Of a stretch of DNA of 64,000 bases, positions 20,457 to 31,519 are shown one piece after another (within the stretch, counting starts at the first letter, position 1; each line of letters begins with the position of its first letter). The stretch spans positions 186,001-250,000 of the forward strand of contig NIVC01001200.1 in NCBI GenBank assembly GCA_002269645.1, given 5' to 3'. The translations under genes were made by a program, and so were the position numbers. Origin of the DNA: Macrostomum lignano. Taxonomy: Eukaryota. The notes beneath the pieces were generated by a model that did not search any database, was not told the DNA's origin, and saw nothing but the letters and a program-made list of their open reading frames with translations.

Positions 20457-20915
20457 ATGCCCAACCTGAATAGGAAAGTTCCTGAATATCTGATCTCACT
20501 TAAAACAACCGAACTCATGGGTATGTACATGGTCTTAACCGGCCATGGATTCTTCCAGAGACATATCTCGTTGCAAACCGGTTGCCCTTATAGGCGAGGA
20601 GAGGAGACCGCGGAGCATCACGTCACCTTTTGCCCTTACTTCAATAAGGCGCGCAACAAACGTTCCGCCACCCCCAGCGGATGGACGAGCTGACCACCCC
20701 GGACAACATCCGTGACCTCGTCCGAGAATTCGTCTGAGATACGAGACGAATGAGGGTCGCCGATGCTTTCCTTGCGAACCTGCTGACTACTGGCGGGGGC
20801 TGGGCGCACCTACGGGATAAACATCGGCTTGTTTTACCTAATTGGGTTTGCGATTAAACCCTCGCGGCCTAATCGTGGCGTCTGTGCCCCCCGCCGGTAG
20901 TAAGAAAGTAGGTAG
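20457..20915 (+). mobile_element. 3' fragment of a non-LTR retrotransposon (I/R1/LOA-like C-terminal Cys/His region)
   Basis: [10 protein letters not shown]...CP...[11 protein letters not shown], typical of the post-RNase H zinc knuckle; degenerate. Confidence 0.7.
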
Positions 20916-21990
20916 ATATTCTTTAGGTAATGGTAGAATGGAACTGCTTAAGTATAAAACCAATTAGTTCTAGCATTGAACCCGGATGATTTGGACGCGA
21001 GAGTCGGACGCGCAATCGCTGAAATACGCTGAGTGGGCAGCTTGATTTGAGTATATGAGTATATGAAGAAACAATACTTAAAGTTGTGATAGATAGTTTT
21101 TAAGAGCGAACCAACTAGATTGTAAACCCACGCCGTCAGTCCCAGATCCGCGTCCAGCCGGTTGCTGGCTTTGGAATTGGAAATAAGCGCTTGAAAATTT
21201 CTTGAAATATAATATTCTTTTGTCTAGCGGCATCGGTATGCCTTGAAGCGCAAAGCGACTCCTCTGGTCCGGATTTCTCATTCTGAGACCACAGAAAAAA
21301 TGTATTGAGTCTCGCTGTCCGAGGAAGAAAATACAAAGCGTAAGATCTGCACCTATGCACAACTTAAGATTTTCTTTTAAAAGATACGTCAGATGTCTTT
21401 GAATGCTGAGTGCTGAGTATGGCTATTTTTATGAATGCGAGACTGGAAAATTAAAAGAAGTCGATGGCGCATTGTCTTCCCCGGACACCGCCAGAACAGC
21501 GGGACCTCCGACAAGATCTTTTTTATTTCCTGTAAATCCTGCAGACTATAGGAGATCGGAAATATTCTTTACTCAACTGATACTGAGCTCACGTGTTTTT
21601 ACTTGATGGAATTCATATTCTATTGTATTTTTGTGCTCATTCCCATCCTTGAACTCTATTTAAAAAAAACACAAACTCATTGTTCTGAAGATGTCACCCA
21701 AGCTGCTAGGCCGCATGAAAAAAGAAATGAAGAACTTCTATACATTCCCTAAGATGATAAAAATATCTCAGCTCAAGCAAAAGCAACATACGGACGAGTA
21801 TCTGTAGCTATGGCTTCATGCTTTACTACATAGCAACCACAAAGCCTGTCACTAATGCCAGAATTTCTCCACCAATCGCATGCGACACAAAATTTCATTG
21901 TCTCCCACAAGCATCTTTCCAATAAGATAAAGTCTGAATAAATTCCTAAGAGCGTCACTGCAATTCCTGCAATTCTAAAACAGATCCAAA

Positions 21991-23155
21991 ATGAAGTCAC
22001 CCGTCATTTGGCTTACAGCCTGTTCTTTTTTGCTGGTGCTGTGCCAGTCGGTGGCACTCGAGCACGGCTCCGCAGTGTTTGAGTTGCTGACCAGCGACTG
22101 CCCCACCGAGCCTGTGAATGCTGAGGCTGTGGCCGCGCCGAGTGAGCCCGAGTGCTCGCTGCTCTGCACTCTCAGCAGCGAGTGTCGCCTGTCTGTGTAC
22201 CTGACAGACAGGGCCGTCTGCTACAGGCTGTCCGCGATGCCGTCATCGACCGGGAGCTGCGGGTCCCGGATGGTCGCTAGGAGAAAACTGCTTTCTTCTG
22301 AAACAACGCCGTCGAATGCAGTCACCGTAGGTCCGAGCGCGCCAACTTCTGCCACTCCTGCGAGCTCGCTGTCGGAATCTTCGGTCATCCAGAACTTGTC
22401 CTCGAATTTCGTGCTGTGGTACAACTTCAAGAAGAGCTTCAACAACTTCGTCAACCAATCAGTTTACCAGGCGGAACCAGTGAACGTCACCGAGCAGAGT
22501 CCAGTCGACGGAGTTCGTCTGCAGGGCTCGAGCGGCTCCTACGTGAAAGTCTCGACTGCCGGATTCAGCAAATACTTTGCATTTGGGAAGCAGTACAGCA
22601 TGTTCTTTCAGGGAAAGTTTTCCTGCAACTCCGTGTGAGTGTTTATGTACGAGTATATGACTGAATAATTGCGCTCAAGTCCAAGCAAGAATTTAATTTA
22701 TCAAACTTCGACCACCTGTACAATGTTTCAGCGACAAGTGCATCAGCTCTTTTCTCGATGTCAACAACCCAACAAATCCGACTGATTTGTACATTAAGAG
22801 CGACGGCAACATCAAAGCTAGGGTCCAGTTTGCTTCTGGAACTTACATTAGCAAGACCTGGTCAAGTGGCTGTGCTGGAGACTCAGTCGAGCGGCTGATG
22901 AGCTTTGGAATCAACTTCGGAGGCACGGACTTCGTATTCAACGCCTACTACAATGGGTCCATGATAAATTCCATCGATACATCGACCAGTGTGTTTGGAG
23001 GCAATTTTATCAACGTCCACAACAACCTTCTGATTGGCAGCTGCATGTCAGCCGCAATCCAACCGTTCGACGGCTGGCTGCAGTGCTGGGCTCTGCTGAC
23101 TGGCAACCTCGATGCGGCCCAGTTCGACCAGCTGCGGAATGTGTGCAGCCTGTGA
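21991..23155 (+). CDS. Secreted PAN/apple-like + LamG-like protein, paralog 2; exons 21991-22634 and 22732-23155
   Basis: Direct duplicate of 15159-16308 with the same intron position and phase; homology extends into both flanks (about 14975-16390 vs 21805-23240). Confidence 0.8.
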
Positions 23156-24521
23156 TGGAAGAATTGAAGACGAAACAGCGCGGAAATGACATCGAAAACA
23201 AACTTACTAAAAACGAACTTTTTATTCCTAAACTATGGAGCAAGAGTTTAAACATTCAAACCGAAATAAATTTTCTAACTACTTAATTAAGATTCAAGCT
23301 CTTAACCTTGCCCAAGCATCTTCAAAAGAATATTTTTTATTTTGGGGTCGTTTTTTTACTTAGCTGCAGTTGCTATTCCAGAACGAGCATTAAAAACATA
23401 AAAAGCTCTGGTACGAGTAAAACTGTGAAATATAAAATTCATTTTACTGCATAAACTATCACTGCCTTTACCGGAAGCCAAATGTACTTAAATATTGGAT
23501 ATGTCGCTGGATTAAAACTGAGTGTGCAATCTGAAAATACGAGCCGTATGTAAGAGAAATACAACGTATTTCTGCATCATCCATGCAGGCTATGAATAAA
23601 TAAAGTTGCTCATACTCGTAGAAACGGATACATTTTTGCTCTCTGGGGTTGTGGGACCAACAACGTACGGACCTGGGCCATGGGGTTTTGTGCAATGGTA
23701 CCTGAGTTTTTAACCTATTGTCTGTGTTTGATGAAATTAATAAGTATGGAAAAATAGCTTATTGTATTTAATCAATATCTGATGCTTGAAACCTCAATAT
23801 AAAATAGATTTTTTTTGCGTGCAAAACTGTAATTTATGATTCATTAGCTCTATTCCAACATGCTTCAAGATTTTTATTGAGTTGACAGGCTGTCAGTCTT
23901 ATTATCCACCGAAAAAGCTCTCAAAAGAGCTGGAGCTCTAGGAAAATTCACACGCTATGACATGGTTTGCTACGGGGCTGGTTTTTTACAGGCCTTTTAC
24001 GAGCGTAGTTAAAGGAATCCAGCAGGTGAGGAATTTCTGCGGCTCATCGAGACTCGGCTTCAGTGTTGAGCGACAAATGTAACCTTCAGATGTTTCCTTC
24101 CAGATTGGCGACAGACACACGTGTACTGAGTTATTTGACAGTGGGAACCTGCTTGAGCGTTGGCCATTGTGCCAATCCGAAGTCATCTATAAGTCAATCG
24201 GGAATTGTCTGCAGCAAAACTATGAACAGGCATGAAAAAATTCAGGAATCAACTGTCAATTATACAATAGATTTCTGATTTGAGACATTGCTACTGCTAA
24301 AGGCTCATTTGTGATTTAGCTTGTAATAAATAGAATTGGAAATCTTGATGGCGTAAGCAAGGGACGGACTACTCCGAACATAGCTGTTGTCGGAATAATA
24401 GCCACATACGCTCGTATTTGTTTCTATGGTTAAGCGTCTGTATCTAATAGAGGAAATATTCGAGCACTGAGCTTACATTATACGCTCGTGTTCAACATGA
24501 TTTTTGTTCAAGTTTTCCAAA

Positions 24522-24922
24522 TTTCGGAACGATGGAGCCTGTGACGCACTAAAAGTCGTGGTGGAATCTCGCGCAGGCAGACCGAGTTTTCCTTCGCCAG
24601 TAGCCTCTGCAGCCACATGCTGTCCTCTCACACGGCTCTAAGGGTGCAAAGCGTTTATTTTATGGCGAAACTTATTCGGCCTGTGCGAGAGATTTTACGA
24701 TTTAAATCTTTATTCGTCTACTTCTCTCAGTCAGTAGTAGAAATTAAATCTTTCACAAGACCTATAACTGTTTGCAGTGACTTGGACCGCTTCGTGGGAC
24801 TTTACTCTTTAATCAGCTGGAATTAATAATCCAGCCCAGGGCCTCATCCCTGAAGATGAAAAATGGAATCTGTTTTCAAGCTAAATAACACAGCTCCCGA
24901 ATGCTCGGATAGGTATTTTATT
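24522..24922 (+). repeat. Dispersed repeat of about 400 bp, copy 1
   Basis: Colinear with 34423-34812, e.g. AATCTTTATTCGTCTACTT...CCCTGAAGATGAAAAATGG...GGATAGGTATTTTAT. Confidence 0.85.
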
Positions 24923-26087
24923 GATTCGTTCCTCATGAAAGGAGTGTAAGTCCCTCTTGATCTCACTAGCACTGCTGTTAGTTGTTTGACTCAGAACCAA
25001 AACCGAGATCGCGGTTGGCCGTTTATAATTCGTTATCTTCTTGTAATTCAAACAAACTATGGGACACAAGTTTTAACGGTTCTGAGACCACACTCTTCCA
25101 AAATTCAGAGTTAACGCCGCTCGGGACCGAGGCATCTTCTATTCATAATATTTGAATATTTAATCATAGAATTCTATGAGCTAGGGAAGGGGATAAGGCA
25201 AGAAGCCTCGAGGAAGGACTGTACGTCCAGGGGTGAAAAGAGACAGCACGTCTCTAATTGTGCGAAACGTTCTTGTGGAAACGGGAAGAGGCAGCAACGC
25301 CCCTATTGAACAGCACATTCTACGGATGGAAAGGCTACATGTATAACTATAAATGAGGGATTCTGATTCAGTTGATATTTTAAGAACGGGATAGGCGCTC
25401 AGCAGAGGCCGAATAGCAATTATGCCAGGACGCAAGTTGTGTCGTTTATCGTATATTCTGCTGGTACGAGCGTATATATAGGTTTTTAATGCTAAATGGC
25501 GTACAGTTTAAAGCAAAAATTTCTTTATTAAGGCAGAAGCAAAAGGCAAAATAAAAGTTTTTTTAGCAAGAGGACTAACTAATCAGAGCAAAAACACCTT
25601 CAAAATAGAATGCGTAATTTTCGCGGTTCATTACGAGAAAAATGTGGGGAAATATTGGTGCCCCCCGTCAGTAAGTAAGTAAGTGGGGAAATATTTGTGG
25701 CGGGGGTAGATCGCGAATTTCGGGCTTCCAAATAAGTGAAGAGCAGTTGTGCTCTCGGGAAAGAAACCTCCATGCCGCGTAGCTCAACCTCAGAAATTTA
25801 AGAAAGTTTAAGGCAAGGGGGAATAGGGAAATAAAACTTAGAACCGCACTAAGAGGAGCCTTGCCTCTAAAACTGGGAGTTTGGCCCAAGCACTTAAAAA
25901 AGAGGAATTTAATGTAAAGAAACCACTTTTGTGCAATAACATTTTTTCAATTGTCATATTTTATAAATTTCTGTTAAGCTTAAGAATATTACATTGGTTT
26001 CCTGGAATCGGTTCTTTACTACATACTAGGATTAGGGAACATCAGGAGCCGGGTGGCAGCAACCTACCAAGATAATCCAGTAAAATA

Positions 26088-26517
26088 TTAAGAATAGACA
26101 AACCGGTGGCCTAAGTCGCGAGGTTTCACTGACAGCCGCTTAAACTCCTGCCTGTCTGCATCGAACAGCTTCGTCTGTTGACCGATGAGCAGCTTGAGAG
26201 TTTCCAGATCGCAGGACTCCAAAGCACCGTCTAGAATTCTGAGCTCGATTGGCCCCATCTGTTCGGAGCAGCCCGGGTATCCTTTCTTGAGCAGCAGCTT
26301 GACAATATCACTCATGCCTTCCTCAACAGCAAGCAGAAGCAGAGAGAACTTGACATCGGTGTCGATGGATTCCGCGGTTGAACACCCGAGAAGCTCTCTT
26401 ACCCTTTCCAGTTCCCCAGCCAGAATGGCCTCCCAAAATTCTTCTCGGAATAAGAAATCAGCATCTTCACGTTTGCCTTTGGAGTCTTGTTGACTGCCGG
26501 CAGGAATGCTGGTCTGT
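26088..26517 (-). CDS. Ankyrin-repeat exon of an incompletely resolved gene
   Basis: TTTACAG acceptor, then FWEAILAGELERVRELL / LLLAVEEGMSDIVKLLLKKG / GALESCDLETLKLLI. Confidence 0.6.
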
Positions 26518-26795
26518 AAATGAAAAAAATATTTCAATAATGAGATAACATGAGCTCAAGGTCAAGAAAACATGCGACTTTCGAAAATATCAACATCTGC
26601 ATGGTCAGTGGGTAAGAATGTACTAGCTCGTGACATAAGCACTGACCAGATTTAGAGAAAATTTGGTCGCAGATTTGACAGTGGTTACTGCAGATTTTTC
26701 GGTCCTAAAATTAGTGTGGAGAGTCTCGTCCATATCTTGTCTTAGACTCAATAAAGCTTGAGTGAATTGTGAAATACTAAAATAAAACAATGAAC

Positions 26796-27908
26796 CTACT
26801 TCTCATGGCGACGCAATGAGTCCAGCACGTGTAGCGTGGAGCGACAAGGTACGAACACGCAGTCAAGCCGAAAATTTGCATCAACCTTCTTCCGTGATGA
26901 AGCATCGCAAAGCCTTATGACTGCAGAGAGAAACTGATCATCCTTGTACACATCGAGACCTCCATCCCACATGACGCCAGTGCCCTCTACCGTGCCATCC
27001 AGCTGGCTATAATAGTTTCTCATACTCGTACCACGACGACCACAATCAAAGCCCTCGACTTGAATTCGCATTTTGGAACCTTCATAGTGGATGGACAGAC
27101 AGCAAGTGCTGTGATTCGGTAGCCTCCGACGCTGCATTTCGAGACCGATTTTGTTCAGGTACCAGTTGCAGAGCTCTAACTCGTTGTACATGATGCAAAG
27201 TATTTTTTTGCTGTCGCCTGTATCCAAAGCGCGCTTGAATTCCTCTTCAAATTGGAGGCTGTCTGGCTCGTAATTCATTAAATATAACGGAGTTATTGAT
27301 CCTTGATTTACAGTGAGGCTGCATGATCGCTGGTCAATTGTATCCAGTGTTGCCCCCACCTCGGAGACTCCCGGAACTCTCGAGAAGTGACAGAACATAA
27401 ACCCGCAGGCAAGAAAATACTCACAGTCTTCTGGCTTCAGCTTCAAGCCGAGTAGTCTCTCGCCGGTCACCGGATCACACTGAATCGCCAGACTTTTGAT
27501 GCTGCATGCGCAGACGCACTCGGATGCGAATTTGCACAAATCATAGAAAAGCAATTCGAGCGTCAATTCCAATTCCTGGAATTCCTCGGTATGACAGGCG
27601 AATCCATTTATCTCTACTGTGATCGGAAATTGTGCCGGATTCCACAGCAGCGAGTGATCCCTTGTTTGCAAACTTGGTCGACTTGGCGAGCTCTGATTAG
27701 CGTCTCTTCTACGAAAAAATAGGTGGAAAGATTCTTTGCTCTGATGCACTGCTCTCTGAGAATCGTCTTCTTTTATAGACAGCTTCAGCGACGGCCCGTC
27801 ATGATTTTTGACCGGTTGCCTCAGCTCTGGGGACAACTCTCCTAAAATGATTTTACATGATTCGAGAACTTTGGTAAATCCTTCGCTGTATAATGGCTGT
27901 AGTGCCAT
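26796..27908 (-). CDS. Intronless 370-aa ORF, unknown function
   Basis: Non-repetitive ATG-initiated ORF; no domain recognised. Confidence 0.6.
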   Translation of the reverse strand: MALQPLYSEGFTKVLESCKIILGELSPELRQPVKNHDGPSLKLSIKEDDSQRAVHQSKESFHLFFRRRDANQSSPSRPSLQTRDHSLLWNPAQFPITVEINGFACHTEEFQELELTLELLFYDLCKFASECVCACSIKSLAIQCDPVTGERLLGLKLKPEDCEYFLACGFMFCHFSRVPGVSEVGATLDTIDQRSCSLTVNQGSITPLYLMNYEPDSLQFEEEFKRALDTGDSKKILCIMYNELELCNWYLNKIGLEMQRRRLPNHSTCCLSIHYEGSKMRIQVEGFDCGRRGTSMRNYYSQLDGTVEGTGVMWDGGLDVYKDDQFLSAVIRLCDASSRKKVDANFRLDCVFVPCRSTLHVLDSLRRHEK

Positions 27909-28427
27909 CCCTAAATTCTCTGTAGCCTTGTCGCTTCAATGCTTTTTTGAATATGATTTTTTCTACGTTATGTAATTGCTGTAACTGTTGTAAGTTTAAG
28001 CTCTCAAATTCTCAGCAGCTAACTAGGGACTATCAGCTCAGCACTGTCCTGCCAATAAAAGCTACGCGGGTATGCGCGAAGTTTTTCCGATCCAGAATGT
28101 GAAACGCTCACTGGCCAGGGGATAGAGGCGCATGAAATCGCTGTATCGCCATTTCATTGGATCCAAAATTTCCGCCTATTACGTCCTCTATAGATAGCTT
28201 TAGCATTAGGCAGTGAAAAGTTGCAAAAGAACATTGCACATGCCATGGCTAACTGTACAGAGTTTAGTTGTGTACATTGAAGCACCCAAGCAAGGCACTG
28301 AATTAGAGTTCGAAATGTTGTATACCGACAAACTGCTTACTAAGATTTTCATAGGTTGAACTGCAACTTTGCTGCGACGTCTACTGAATTTTAGGACCGA
28401 GTTCATCTGTCTATTGTCAAAGCCCAG

Positions 28428-29864
28428 ATGAATTTAGCACAGGCTTCTAGTATTCCACGGCAAATTCAAGCCGAGTTAGATTTAAAAACAATTTCAGAGC
28501 TGAAAAAATTAAACTTTGAGCCAGAGAACTTTACTGATCGATTATACTTCACTAGACGCGTCGCCATTGAAGTACTTCTCTATGCTTGCCTCAAAGATTC
28601 TCAACAGGCTATTTACAATAGACTGGTAAACCTGTTTGACAGGTTCACGAGAGCCTGCGAAGGTGATTGTAAGGAACTGAGCAAGCAAAACTTCGGCCGA
28701 CCACTGCTGCGATGCCTGCAGACGGTAGATTCAAATTTACTTTTGAAGGGACAAAATGGAACCCACGATTCCGTGCGTCTGTGGTTGATGCATTCCCAGA
28801 CTGGCAAGGCCGGCCAGCAGCAGTCAGAGCACACGGTGGAGTCGCATGCAGAGCAGAGCCAGCAGCAGTCAGAGCACACGGAGGAGTCGCATGCAGAGCA
28901 GAGCCTGCAGCAGTCAGAGCACACGGAGGAGTCGCATGAAGAGCAGAGCCTGCAGCAGTCAGAGCACACGGTGGAGTCGCATGCAGAGCAGAGCCAGCAG
29001 CAGTCAGAGCACACGGTGGAGCCGCATGAAGAGCAGAGGCAGCGAAAGCCAGACGAAGAGAATGAAACTCATTCGGCTATTTTGGAAGTCCCAGACGGCT
29101 ACAGGGATTGCAGAATCTCAGCCCTACTGTACCTCATCATCAGTGAAATGACTGATGCATTCCTAGAGTCCAAACGCCTGGCAGTCGAGATCCCCTGTTT
29201 CGTTGAAATGTTCCTCAATAGTAGCAAAAATAACCGAGATAACCTTCCCGCGCTTCTCGGTGAGTTTTTTGCTCTAAGCCGACTGTGCTTTCACGAAGAA
29301 TACTACTTTGATAAGAAATTCCGGTATCGCTGTGTTACAAAACAATTCGACTTCAGTATTGAGGACAGCAGTCGCAAGTCTGTAGCAAAAGTCAGCGTAA
29401 AGAGCGTCTGCTTTTGCTGCCCAAAGTTCTTCGACACGGCTGGAAAGAATCAGAGTTCTTTGTGGAATGCGGAGAAAAAGGCGATGAGATTCGAATCAAA
29501 ATCAAAATCAGCCAACATCCTGCTGCACAACTGCAACTGCGATTTCTGCATTGACAATCCAGTTCAAAAAGTGCAGGTCAGAGGTAGATTTAGCTCTGAT
29601 GAAAATTGCGAGCGACACAAAGAGTTTTCAGAGATTGTAAAAGATCTGAAGAAGGGCACCGTGTACTTAATGCGCACCGAGATGGTGTTCGAACTCCGGT
29701 ATGCTTTGGACAATGCAGAGGCTGAGAAATATGGACGATCAAAGCAGAGGAAGCTCCAGATGCGGGATCTTCTACGCAAAATTTTGAATCCAGAAGGAAT
29801 TGACGGGCAGAAGGAAATCTCGGATCCAATAAATGTACTGGTTGACCGGTCATCTACCGAGTGA
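28428..29864 (+). CDS. Intronless 478-aa ORF with 5 x 15-aa Q/E/H-rich repeats
   Basis: Long ATG ORF; 45-bp repeats at 28815-29039 (QQQSEHTVESHAEQS); no domain recognised. Confidence 0.65.
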   Translation: MNLAQASSIPRQIQAELDLKTISELKKLNFEPENFTDRLYFTRRVAIEVLLYACLKDSQQAIYNRLVNLFDRFTRACEGDCKELSKQNFGRPLLRCLQTVDSNLLLKGQNGTHDSVRLWLMHSQTGKAGQQQSEHTVESHAEQSQQQSEHTEESHAEQSLQQSEHTEESHEEQSLQQSEHTVESHAEQSQQQSEHTVEPHEEQRQRKPDEENETHSAILEVPDGYRDCRISALLYLIISEMTDAFLESKRLAVEIPCFVEMFLNSSKNNRDNLPALLGEFFALSRLCFHEEYYFDKKFRYRCVTKQFDFSIEDSSRKSVAKVSVKSVCFCCPKFFDTAGKNQSSLWNAEKKAMRFESKSKSANILLHNCNCDFCIDNPVQKVQVRGRFSSDENCERHKEFSEIVKDLKKGTVYLMRTEMVFELRYALDNAEAEKYGRSKQRKLQMRDLLRKILNPEGIDGQKEISDPINVLVDRSSTE

Positions 29865-31519
29865 GGGAATTTGGACTCATCCGAACTTAGATGAGCCTAG
29901 TGGTGATATGAAATGACCAAAACTTTGTATTTTTATTTCGTAGTTCAGAGAACAGGCAAGCCTAATTGCGATTTCGTATGAGCTAAGATTGTGTTCTTAT
30001 TCAAAGCTTTATAACTCACTTGGATTAGGAATATTTTGAGAGCGAACTACCGTTTTGTTTTATTTATCAAGCTGACTGTACAGACAGGGAGTAATTGTTC
30101 GCTTCTGTTGGATTTTTTGGAGAAAATATGATTCGTTTGAATTCCCACTGTTAATTTTAGATGGGTTGCATTATTTTCTGCGATAGCTTTTGCCAAAGAG
30201 GCTGGAGGTATCAATTTACGCTCGCAAGTGTCTTTTTCGGTTTTGTGCGTGAGTGTCCCAGATTCTTTGGCTACAGCCGTACAAGCTAAAACTACTTAGC
30301 ATTATAACAATTATTTCTAGAAATTAAATATTATATTTTCGCATAATCTCGATGATTCTGCACTTCGAAAAATCCAGCTACCGTTTTAGTAACTTTATGA
30401 TTCTCGGTGGATTTGCTTTCAGTACTGCAGCATTGAGTGAACTGCAGTTTCGAAGCGTCTACTTGCTACCCCTCAAACTAACGCATGCTGTGTTCAGTTC
30501 AAATTCAAATACACAGTAGTTTGATTAACAAATTTTCCTATTTCAGTAGTGAGAAAAAGCAAAAGTCCGCGTGTTATGTCAACTTATATTTTTGGCATGC
30601 ATTCCATCGGTACATGTTTTAGCCAAAGCCTTTTTGGACAAAAAAATTTAAAGCAAAATTGGGACTCTAAATTTTCAAATACTCGTAGATTTCCGCGCAA
30701 CGCTTTTCCCGTAAAGGAAACTTGATTGCTGACCAGAGAAGCCAGGGCAGGCACTACAAGATGCATTGGACTCGCTGCTAACATCCTGCTGCAGCATATC
30801 AAGTGCAGAAGTACCGAACAGTGTAATGAGTAATACGTGAGGGCGTCACAGGTAGCATTCTGTTTGCCATTTGCACCTGAATTCTCTCGTTCCCTTTCGG
30901 CCGACTTGTACTGTGCTCGCGCTTAGATGGAGGCTTTTATTTTACTGTAAAATTGATGCTCTTCTTGAAACTAGAATAGGTGCCTCTATCTACTCAATTC
31001 TAAGGCTGGAGTCCAAAGAAACGACTCTACAATTGACGAGCTCTCGGCGGCTTCAAACTTCGCTTTCAACGCTTAAAAAAGGCAGCGTAAACAGCTGAAG
31101 AAGAGCAATGAGCGCGGCACGTGCCTGGGCTGGAGACGGGCACACAAAAATCTGGCAATCAACCCCGAAGAGCGTGGGAACTGAAGAGTGGACGCGCGAG
31201 CCGATGTGTGCGAAAGAGCATGGTAACGATGTAACAATTCAATTACTTTTGTATTCTGAGCCTCACTTAAAACGGTCTCGTTTTAGCGGAATTGCTTTCT
31301 AATTCTTTCTACAATACTTTTTGCGTCGTGACTGCTGCTTTCTGTTGCTTTTGCGCACCTGTCTCTAAATCAGTTTCTGATATTGCAAAAAGTTCTACAT
31401 CTTCCTTCAGCGGTTATCTACTACATCTACTACTACATCTACTACATCTATTCTACATCTTCCTTCTGCGCAACTATCTCATCCTTATGAATCGTCTGAG
31501 CCTCTTCTGTCAGGTTCAT

